From Bacteroidia bacterium (GTDB lineage Bacteria; Bacteroidota; Bacteroidia; SpSt-205), in the NCBI GenBank assembly GCA_025059535.1, contig JANXCX010000018.1, positions 66,014 to 130,013 on the forward strand: a DNA stretch of 64,000 bases, written 5' to 3'. Below the pieces are notes generated by a model. The model worked only from the letters and a program-made list of their open reading frames with translations. It was not told the origin of the DNA and ran no database searches. This document shows, piece after piece, positions 21,301 to 28,539 of this stretch; the stretch's first letter is position 1; each line of letters begins with the position of its first letter. The position numbers and the translations under genes are program-made.

Positions 21301-23344
21301 AGCAGCCCCGCCCAGGCTCCAGCACAAAGCGCTCCCCATGCAGCAGGGCCGCCTGATTAATCCCGTCATAGCTACCTTGGTAGCAGCCATTGAGAATCAG
21401 TAAGGGATACCTACCCCAATTATCGTAATCCTGAGCGTCGTACAGGCTTATATCAAATATGTCAAAGGCCGAGTGGCCAAAGCCTTGGAGAACGACTACA
21501 CCACTATCCATACGCTCTTTGATGGAGGGGCTACCGGGAGGAGCCTGCATGCCGTCCGTGCGCCTCTGATAGTACACTACCTGACCATGGTAGGGGCTAC
21601 CCTCAAAAATCTGCTGACACGCCCGCAGCTGCGCTTCAATAAGGGCTTGTTCTATGGCATCTGCGCCGCCACCCAAATGAAGGGCCCATTTATGCCAAGG
21701 TTCGTTGGGGCGGCTCTCATACTGCCGAACTTTTTCTACATAGGCCAGCCCCTGGGCATCAGTATGGACGGGGACACGCCCAATAGGGATTTCAGGCACC
21801 ACATTCCCATCGCCGTAGAAATCCGATACATACCCCCAGTCCGAAGCAGGCAGCCCAAAAAAGGGTACCTTGTGATAGGGCGGAAGAGGACTATTGTAGG
21901 CTACCCGCCAGAATCCTACCCCATCTCCCCAGATGAGTACATAGCGCGGCCGAACCGACCAGCGGTCTAAAGCCCAACGGATAAAATTCCGAATAGCCAG
22001 AGGATGATTTACCCGTCCCCAGCCAAATTCATCATAAATCGCATCCGTGTAGGCAATGAATACGCTATGGGGATTAGTTGGGCTAGTTTCGCGGTAAGCT
22101 TTATAGGCCTGGGCAGAGGCCGCAAGGCTTCGGTGCGTAATTAGAATCACCGAAGCCCCTGCCGCCTGGCTGTAATTTTCCAGAACAGGCTGTTGGATCA
22201 GCGGCGTTTGTACGCTGGCGCCCCGACAAAGGTACAGCGCGAAGGTATCCGCCAGCGGTGGGAGGGGTATATACCACTGAGTGCCTTGGGAGACCGCCCG
22301 CCACCGCCAGCGATGCTCTACATCATACACAAGTAAGGAATCACCCGGCGCAATCGGTACATTGCTCAGCACGAGGGTAATTGGCTGGGCCGAGCTCCGC
22401 CGAACCCCTATTTTCAAAAAGGCCTCATTAGCACTAAGTACGGCGCCGCGCGGATAGACTACGGCGCCATAATGTACAAGTTCCCCTCCATAGCCTGGGT
22501 CTGAGCTCCTACATACCACGGTAAGCGGCGAACTCAGCAAAGTCGTGCTTAGCGTGAAGGTAGGTCGGAAGTAATAGGGGGCAGTGGAGGTCTGATTAGC
22601 TATTAGGGTGTTATTCACGCGCCATTCCAAATTGAAAGTTCCGCCTATGGAGAGGGCTGCATGGGAAAGTTCTATAGCAAAGCTAGGGGCAGCATCTGGA
22701 CGGATTTCAGGGAGGGTGAAGCTAATTTGGAGCGGATTCATACCCCGGCCGCGCCCCTCACCGGCGATGTACATGGGGTTATTGTGCTGTTCGTAGCCGC
22801 CGCTCCCTAAGCCACCCGCACCAGTCCAGTAATTGAAAATACCCGGGTGATAGGTAATCTCTTGGCGCCACCAGAACCAGTCCTGTCGGGGATGAGCTAG
22901 CGCGTTGGGATCGTTATAAGGAACAAGGCGAAGGCCATCCCGTCCACCCCAAGTGAGAAAGTAAGCGGAGGTGTCGTTGTGATTGAGCGACTGGCGCGGA
23001 TTACCGGCCAAACCAGGGAAATGGCGTAAGAGGTGCGCATGCCGAAAGGCTACAGTATCTGGCTCGCCATCATTACGCTGACCGACAAATTCCAGGTAGT
23101 CATTGGCCTCAAATTGCCCATCTCCGCCATCCTCCACATAGATAGGTATCTCGGTGCCGCGCCAAAAAAGGCGAAGCGTGGCAGAAGGCACGCCATTTAG
23201 GCCCAGCTGCGCCGCTGTTATGCGATAGACCCCATCCTGTCCTACCAGCAGCTTGAGGTAGGGTGCCCCAGCCTCTATCCATCCATTCCCATACTCGTAA
23301 CCCTGCGCCCACAGAAGCCCAAGCACCAGACTAAGCCGCCCCAT
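18380..23344 (-). CDS. Large C25 (gingipain-like) cysteine peptidase family protein with a T9SS C-terminal sorting domain
   Basis: Signal peptide LLWA|QGYEYG. C25-like core with His (VVLQGFGHSAFD) and Cys (PLLILNGCYQGSY) motifs. C-terminal CTD/FlgD-Ig-like tail (NYPNPFSTSTRFYYEL...IYTVSGRLV...WDGTDEYGDRLANGVYLYRVVL). Confidence 0.8.
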   Translation of the reverse strand: MGRLSLVLGLLWAQGYEYGNGWIEAGAPYLKLLVGQDGVYRITAAQLGLNGVPSATLRLFWRGTEIPIYVEDGGDGQFEANDYLEFVGQRNDGEPDTVAFRHAHLLRHFPGLAGNPRQSLNHNDTSAYFLTWGGRDGLRLVPYNDPNALAHPRQDWFWWRQEITYHPGIFNYWTGAGGLGSGGYEQHNNPMYIAGEGRGRGMNPLQISFTLPEIRPDAAPSFAIELSHAALSIGGTFNLEWRVNNTLIANQTSTAPYYFRPTFTLSTTLLSSPLTVVCRSSDPGYGGELVHYGAVVYPRGAVLSANEAFLKIGVRRSSAQPITLVLSNVPIAPGDSLLVYDVEHRWRWRAVSQGTQWYIPLPPLADTFALYLCRGASVQTPLIQQPVLENYSQAAGASVILITHRSLAASAQAYKAYRETSPTNPHSVFIAYTDAIYDEFGWGRVNHPLAIRNFIRWALDRWSVRPRYVLIWGDGVGFWRVAYNSPLPPYHKVPFFGLPASDWGYVSDFYGDGNVVPEIPIGRVPVHTDAQGLAYVEKVRQYESRPNEPWHKWALHLGGGADAIEQALIEAQLRACQQIFEGSPYHGQVVYYQRRTDGMQAPPGSPSIKERMDSGVVVLQGFGHSAFDIFDISLYDAQDYDNWGRYPLLILNGCYQGSYDGINQAALLHGERFVLEPGRGCLWYLSGSGSGFVGPLGRQTVELYAVLFRDSLGITMGDALVAVFRRLFGQGTAAFDYYHLAGQPLLGDPCVRLAGPRLPDLAIRSGDIQVIPLEPSAESPSFSLRLRYSNLGIAFHDSFWVEIVHRVSSTSQTFTYRYRRPAFARVDSLEVVLPSPVGEWAGINEIEVYVDAQNDISNEAREDNNRARVEFFVRSARPIPIYPWPYAVISKSRIALVAATYNQSIYAPQGYYFEIDTSYRFDSPGLRRSGRIQGSTALGRWELPFELEDSVVYYWRVRLEGSGQQEWAEASFQYIAGDKEGWGQSGRAQFLENELRGLRYSAPGFRWEFAQRQVRIRAVESYGPYTIRRFLERDDEVLSGQGSYTSRAGWWWGARPPGIFVGVFDPQTFEPLESIRGLGGWRYFCSGGPCHMVIVEGGTSYWVEMDAEAMAESLRVVVARAPVGAPVVLLFTTGHQSQHWPARLAQVLPQIGATSAVLALTPTQKAILIGVKGAPVGTAVEVFCDETASCAAERFFEANYPLGWMVSPRIGRPVAWEEAFFAYQPQDPSDQITMNVYGLRPEGGWDTLCRQVAAQQACDLRPYNASHTELRLEARFSDPQHATAPQLAYWYVFFRPFPDIAVDPGLRWRFVRDTLEEGEWAELELGVRNLLSADTPDSVEVVFLLQRAGGWDTIGWQRYAPLQALDSMIVRWRFSTVGLGGLHRLRLILNPRPLFNERTFANNRWEVGFFVRVDRINPIVDVLFDGIRIQNGDIVSPEPTITIDIKDENRYLLLDDTSVAVVRLRRAEARGLGERINYASGKLRFLPATPAENRAGVEFRPGHLEDGDYILSVEAFDKKRNRSGFLPYEVRFRVINQSTVTHVVNYPNPFSTSTRFYYELTGAVLPEVFQIHIYTVSGRLVKVIDLKALGEVRIGRHLTNYAWDGTDEYGDRLANGVYLYRVVLRMPEGHAIEQREEGMGRYFRGGWGKMVLMR

Positions 23345-23361
23345 TTACCCGAAGGTTTTTC

Positions 23362-23369
23362 CAAAAATA
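23362..23369 (-). promoter_or_regulatory. -7 promoter box TATTTTTG
   Basis: Exact TAnnTTTG on the minus strand, 17 nt upstream of the C25 gene ATG 23344. Confidence 0.45.
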
Positions 23370-23436
23370 CGACATCCGCGCTAATCCCGAAGTGGAAACT
23401 GGGAACTTTCTCCGAGTTTTTTGGGTTTCCCCCTTT

Positions 23437-26400
23437 ATGCGTCTTTTTGGTCCGACGCGCTGGGCCACTACCAATCGCCTGACGGTTTATTTTCTCACCT
23501 TTCTAATCACAGCTTTAGGCCTCTCTTCCTATCTCTCGCTGCCCAAAGAGCTTTTCCCCGACTTAGTTATACCCACGATTGTAATAACTACCACTTATCC
23601 GGGCTCTTCACCAGGGGATATTGAAAACCTTATCACGCGCCCCATAGAAAAGCGCCTAAAGGGCCTCGCTGGCGTAGAAAAGATTAATAGCTATTCCCAG
23701 CAGGATGTTTCCACTATAGTAGTGGAGTTTGGGGTAAATTTAGACCCTAAGGAATGCAAGGATAAGGTCCGAGACGCCGTAGATAGGGCGCGTGCCGATT
23801 TACCCAGCGACCTACCCAAAGAGCCCGTTATAACTGATGTGGATTTTTCCGAGATACCCATTATGTCCATCAACTTAGCTGGCGACTATTCCCCAGCCCA
23901 GCTTAAGCGATTTGCCGATGACCTCAAAGACCTTATAGAGGCCCTTCCCCAAATCCGGCGCGTAGATATAGTAGGGGCTTTGGAAAGGCAGATTCGGATA
24001 GATGTGGAAATGGGGCGCCTACAGGCTTACAACCTGTCCTTTTCGGATATAGAAAATGCCATCCTCCGTGAGAATGTCCTCATATCAGCGGGGGAAGCGG
24101 ATTTCGGCCGGCAAAAACGCACGCTTCGCTTAGATGCGCGCTTCCGCTCGGTAGAGGAAATTCGCAACCTAATCGTGCGCTCGGGTTTCGGCGCACCTAT
24201 CTACCTGCGCGACGTAGCCAATATATATGATGGATACAAAGAAGCCGAAAGCTACGCCCTCTTAGATGGTAAGCCTGTCATAACCCTAAATGTCATAAAA
24301 AAAGGGGGAGAAAACCTTATAGAGGCCGCCGACGCTATCTTCAAAATTCTTGAAAAATCTCGGGGCCAGATTTTTCCTGACGACCTGCGCGTGGTAGTTA
24401 CTAATGACCAGTCCGAACGCACAAGACTCCAGCTCAACGACCTCGTAAATTCCATCATCATCGGCTTTATCCTAGTAACCCTAGTCATGATGTTCTTTAT
24501 AGGCTTAGAAAATGCGCTTTTTGTGGGGCTTTCGGTGCCGCTCTCTTCCTTCGTCGCCTTTCTTTTCTTCCCTGCTCTCGGCTATACCCTAAATCTGGTA
24601 GTACTTTTCACCTTTCTTCTCGCTTTAGGGATAGTAGTGGATGATGCGATTGTAGTAGTGGAAAACACCTACAGACTCTTTGACAATGGACGCCTACCTA
24701 CTCTCCAAGCCGCTCAATTAGCCGCTACTGAGGTGTTTATTCCGGTTTTCTCGGGCACCCTTATCACCGCTGCGCCATTTATACCCCTGCTTTTTTGGCA
24801 GAGCATCCCGGGCAAATTTCTCCAGTACCTGCCCGTAACTTTCCTCATTACGCTTTTTGCCTCCCTTTTTGTGGCCTATATCATTAATCCTGTTTTTGCT
24901 GTAGACTTTATGCGGCCGGCTACCACTCAAAGGCGGATATGGACGCGCGGGTTTTTATTGAGCCTGGGCTTTATAGGGGTACTGGCCTTGGGCGCCTACG
25001 CCCTTGGAAGCATAGGTATGGGAAACTTTTTACTTTTTCTTGGCCTCCTTCTTATAGCTGCGCGCACGGTGATACGGTGGCTTATAGAAGGCTTTCAAAA
25101 GAGCATTTTGCCGCGCTTCATGGAAGGGCACAGAAAGATTCTCGCTTGGAGCATACGGGGTAATCGCCCGGCATGGGTTCTAGGAATGGTAGGGCTCCTA
25201 CTCATAGGTGGGGTAGTTCTTTTCGGCCTTCGTCCGCCGAAAATTACCTTTTTCCCCACGCGCGATCCCAACTACATCTATGCCTATCTGCGTCTTCCTG
25301 AGGGCACTTCAGCCGCTCATACTTACGAAGTGGCGCGCCTAGCCTACGAACGCGTGCGGCGCGTCTTAGGCCCTTCTAACCCCCTAGTGGGTTCTATTCT
25401 TGTGAATGTAGGCGTGGGGGCTGGTGACCCCTTTGACCGTACCAGCAATGTAGCGCCAAATAGGGCTAAAATCACCGTGGCCTTTGTGGAATTTCGCCAG
25501 CGGCAGGGGCGCTCTACTCGGCCTTATCTGGATTCTATTTACAATGCCCTGCAGGATCTGCCAGGCGTAACGCTCCTTGTGGAAGGCGACCGCGCTGGAC
25601 CTCCGGCGGGTAAGCCCATCCAAATAGAAGTAAGCAGCGAGGAGCCTATGTTGGCCATTCAAACCGCTCAGCGGCTGAAAGCGTATTTGGACTCTCTGCG
25701 TCTGCCAGGCGTACAGGAGCTGAGCAGCGACCTTGTACTAGGCCGCCCTGAGATACGCTTCGTAGTTCAGCGGGAAAGGGCTCAGCGAGTAGGGCTTTCC
25801 TCGGCCCAGCTCGGGAACGAGCTGCGCACCGCCCTCTACGGCAAAGAAGCCTCCCGCTTCCGCCAAGGTGAAGAGGAATACCCTATCTGGATACGCTACA
25901 AGGAAAACTACCGCCAGCAGCCTGAGCAGCTCTTAGCGCATCGCGTAGTATTTCGGGATATGAGCGATGGACGCATCCGCCTCTATGCGCTCTCTAGCTT
26001 CGCTTCGCTTACCTACGCCTCGGGCCCTGGCCTTATCCGACGAAAAAATCTCAAGCGCACCATAACTATCTCCTCCGACGTACTGCCAGGGTATAACGCC
26101 ACCCAAGTCAATCAGGAAATCCGCCAGGCCTTAGCCGCTTTCCCGATTCCCAAAAATGTTACTGTACGCCTGGGGGGTGAGCAGGAGGAACAGGCCAAAG
26201 CCGCCCGCTTCCTCCAAAGGGCCTTCCTCATAGCCGTAGCGGGCATCTTCCTGATTTTAGTGGCGCAGTTCAATTCCATCGGGCTCTCCCTGGTTATCCT
26301 CTCCCAGGTGATTTTCAGCCTGATAGGCGTGCTCTGGGGCTTTGCCATAAGCCGGATAGAATTCTCTGTTGTATTGGCTGGGGTAGGCATCGTGGCTCTC

Positions 26401-26796
26401 TTAGGAGTGGTAGTGAAAAATGGGATTTTGCTGGTGGAGTTTATAGAGGAGCTGCGGCGGCGCGGCTATCGCACCCGTCCTGCTATTATCCAGGGGGCTT
26501 CCATACGCCTCAAGCCGGTCTTACTTACGGCCGCCTCAACGATTTTGGGCCTTATACCGCTAGCGGTAGGGCTCAATATAGATTTCGTGGGGCTTTTCGC
26601 TGAGCTGGATCCGAAGATCTTTTTTGGCGGCGATACGACCTTCTTCTGGCTGCCCCTGGCCAGTGCGATTATCTTCGGCCTAAGTTTTGCTACCGTTATT
26701 ACCCTTGTGGTGGTCCCTGTGCTGTACTACCTCCTTCACCTTTTCACCTTGAGTTGGCAGCGCCGCCTGCATCGGTGGAAACTTCGGTATTTATGA
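23437..26796 (+). CDS. RND efflux transporter permease (AcrB/HAE-type)
   Basis: About 1120 aa with 12 TM and two large periplasmic loops. Conserved TM4 region GIVVDDAIVVVEN and second-half repeat VVKNGILLVEF. Start set at ATG 23437 (MRLFGPTRWATTNRLTVYF...). Confidence 0.9.
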   Translation: MRLFGPTRWATTNRLTVYFLTFLITALGLSSYLSLPKELFPDLVIPTIVITTTYPGSSPGDIENLITRPIEKRLKGLAGVEKINSYSQQDVSTIVVEFGVNLDPKECKDKVRDAVDRARADLPSDLPKEPVITDVDFSEIPIMSINLAGDYSPAQLKRFADDLKDLIEALPQIRRVDIVGALERQIRIDVEMGRLQAYNLSFSDIENAILRENVLISAGEADFGRQKRTLRLDARFRSVEEIRNLIVRSGFGAPIYLRDVANIYDGYKEAESYALLDGKPVITLNVIKKGGENLIEAADAIFKILEKSRGQIFPDDLRVVVTNDQSERTRLQLNDLVNSIIIGFILVTLVMMFFIGLENALFVGLSVPLSSFVAFLFFPALGYTLNLVVLFTFLLALGIVVDDAIVVVENTYRLFDNGRLPTLQAAQLAATEVFIPVFSGTLITAAPFIPLLFWQSIPGKFLQYLPVTFLITLFASLFVAYIINPVFAVDFMRPATTQRRIWTRGFLLSLGFIGVLALGAYALGSIGMGNFLLFLGLLLIAARTVIRWLIEGFQKSILPRFMEGHRKILAWSIRGNRPAWVLGMVGLLLIGGVVLFGLRPPKITFFPTRDPNYIYAYLRLPEGTSAAHTYEVARLAYERVRRVLGPSNPLVGSILVNVGVGAGDPFDRTSNVAPNRAKITVAFVEFRQRQGRSTRPYLDSIYNALQDLPGVTLLVEGDRAGPPAGKPIQIEVSSEEPMLAIQTAQRLKAYLDSLRLPGVQELSSDLVLGRPEIRFVVQRERAQRVGLSSAQLGNELRTALYGKEASRFRQGEEEYPIWIRYKENYRQQPEQLLAHRVVFRDMSDGRIRLYALSSFASLTYASGPGLIRRKNLKRTITISSDVLPGYNATQVNQEIRQALAAFPIPKNVTVRLGGEQEEQAKAARFLQRAFLIAVAGIFLILVAQFNSIGLSLVILSQVIFSLIGVLWGFAISRIEFSVVLAGVGIVALLGVVVKNGILLVEFIEELRRRGYRTRPAIIQGASIRLKPVLLTAASTILGLIPLAVGLNIDFVGLFAELDPKIFFGGDTTFFWLPLASAIIFGLSFATVITLVVVPVLYYLLHLFTLSWQRRLHRWKLRYL

Positions 26797-26803
26797 GTTT
26801 GCG

Positions 26804-26811
26804 TATCTTTG
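26804..26811 (+). promoter_or_regulatory. -7 promoter box TATCTTTG
   Basis: Exact TAnnTTTG, 6 nt upstream of ATG 26818 of the 31-codon basic ORF. Confidence 0.55.
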
Positions 26812-26817
26812 CGCCGT

Positions 26818-26913
26818 ATGCCCTGCGGCCGAAAACGGAAACTGCGCAAGATCAAGCGGCACAAGCTCAAAAAGCGCCGCCGTCTTAACCGCCACAAGAA
26901 AAAACCGCACTAA
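26818..26913 (+). CDS. 31-aa highly basic peptide, bS22 / AURKAIP1-COX24-like small ribosomal protein candidate
   Basis: My own translation is MPCGRKRKLRKIKRHKLKKRRRLNRHKKKPH*. It is below the ORF-track length cutoff, has its own promoter box, and lies 12 nt upstream of the RNase G gene. Confidence 0.6.
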   Translation: MPCGRKRKLRKIKRHKLKKRRRLNRHKKKPH

Positions 26914-26925
26914 AGCTTCCTAAGC

Positions 26926-28473
26926 TTGCGGGAGCTAGTCCTCCTAAAGGAGGGAGAAGTCGTTAAGGCCTTACTTTTTGAGCACAAGCAGCTTGTAGAA
27001 TACTACCAACTGCGTGCAGCGCCCTGTAAGTTGGGCGACATTTTTTTAGGGCAGGTAACCCAGGTGGTACGCGGCCTCAACGCGGCTTTCGTAGATTTAG
27101 GGCTAAGCCGAGAGGGCTTTTTGCACTACAGCGACCTGGCTTGGGGCTTTTCTATTCAGCGCGCATGGGTGGAAGCGCTGCGGCGTCACCAGCCTCTACC
27201 GCCACCCCTTCCCCTTGCGGAAGGCCCCCTGCCAAAAGAAGGGCAAATTAGCAGCTATCTAAAGCCCGGGGACTGGATAATTGTCCAGGTAGTCAAAGAA
27301 ATGGTAGATAACAAGGGGCCGCGCCTCACTACCCAAATAGCCCTTACAGGCCAAACAGTCGTAATGCTGCCGTTTTCCCCAGAGGTAGGGATTTCCCATC
27401 GGATTACCGAGGCCGGCGTGCGTCAGGTTTGGAAAGAAGCGCTCCAGCAAATACACCGCCCCCCGTATGGGATTATTCTGCGCACTGGCGCTCAGGCCCT
27501 TCCACTCCATCAAGTGGAGGCGGAGTATCTGCGCCTTATCCAGCGCTGGGAGGAGCTGATGAAGCGGCTGGTGGGGCAGCTCCCGCCGCGCCGCCTCACC
27601 GAAGCCGAACTGCCTCTTCATCAGCTTCTGCAAGATGTCTTATCTCCGCCCCCCCAAGTAATTCACACCACCGATGAGCCGCTGTACCAGCAGATTCAGC
27701 AATTCCTCCGCACCGCAGCCCTTTCGCCACCGCCGGCTTTGCGCTTCCACCGCCGTCGGCAGAATTTAGAAAGCCTTTTTGAGCTTGAACGGTCGGTGCG
27801 CAACCTCTTAGGCCGCACGGTAACCCTACCTAATGGAGGCTACCTCGTCATTGAACACACCGAAGCCCTCCATGTAATTGACGTAAATACAGGCTCGCTA
27901 GCGGCGCAAACCCTCAGCCCCGAGGAGCTTGTCCTGCAGACTAACCTTTTAGCGGCTCAGGAGATTGCTCGCCAGCTGCGGCTAAGGGACCTGGGAGGTA
28001 TCGTCATCATAGACTTCATAGACATGAAGAACCCCGACCATCGCCAGAAGGTCTATGAACGGCTGCGTGAAGCTATGCGAACGGACAAGGCCCGCCACAC
28101 TATTCTCCCAATGAGCGAATTTGGCCTAGTTCAGCTGACGCGCCAGCGCCGACGGGCTCCCTTAGAGCTTCCCCAATCCGCCCTCTGCTCCCTCTGTAAG
28201 GGCTCAGGTCAGGCGCTGCGCCCTGAAGCACTTCTCCTCCACCTTCAGCAGATGCTTCAATACTGGGCCAGCGCCTACCCACGCCTTTTTCTCAAAGTGC
28301 GCTTACACCCCTTCTGGGTAGCCATCTGGGCCCAAAAGTACCGCTGGCACGGGTCATGGGTATGGAACCTCCTACCCCACCGCTGGACCTTCGTAGAGCC
28401 TGATTCAGAGCTCACGCTCACCGAAGCCGTCCTACAAACCCTAGAAGGAAAAGTGATAGTCACACTGGGCTAG
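26926..28473 (+). CDS. rng: Ribonuclease G/E family (Rne/Rng) endoribonuclease
   Basis: N-terminal S1 domain (GDIFLGQVTQVVRGLNAAFVDLG), catalytic core with HVIDVNTG and IIIDFIDM motifs, and a Zn-link-like CSLCKGSG. Confidence 0.88.
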   Translation: MRELVLLKEGEVVKALLFEHKQLVEYYQLRAAPCKLGDIFLGQVTQVVRGLNAAFVDLGLSREGFLHYSDLAWGFSIQRAWVEALRRHQPLPPPLPLAEGPLPKEGQISSYLKPGDWIIVQVVKEMVDNKGPRLTTQIALTGQTVVMLPFSPEVGISHRITEAGVRQVWKEALQQIHRPPYGIILRTGAQALPLHQVEAEYLRLIQRWEELMKRLVGQLPPRRLTEAELPLHQLLQDVLSPPPQVIHTTDEPLYQQIQQFLRTAALSPPPALRFHRRRQNLESLFELERSVRNLLGRTVTLPNGGYLVIEHTEALHVIDVNTGSLAAQTLSPEELVLQTNLLAAQEIARQLRLRDLGGIVIIDFIDMKNPDHRQKVYERLREAMRTDKARHTILPMSEFGLVQLTRQRRRAPLELPQSALCSLCKGSGQALRPEALLLHLQQMLQYWASAYPRLFLKVRLHPFWVAIWAQKYRWHGSWVWNLLPHRWTFVEPDSELTLTEAVLQTLEGKVIVTLG

Positions 28474-28539
28474 CGCTGAACGCTCTCGCCCTCCCTGCTC
28501 GCTTTATGAGGAAGCGTCCGTTTTCGTATATTTATTCTC

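Noticed and set aside
18194-23344. A tRNA-adjacent genomic island containing the C25 gene
   Set aside because: I found no integrase, no direct repeat of the tRNA 3' end, and no mobility genes. The same promoter style is used as in core genes.
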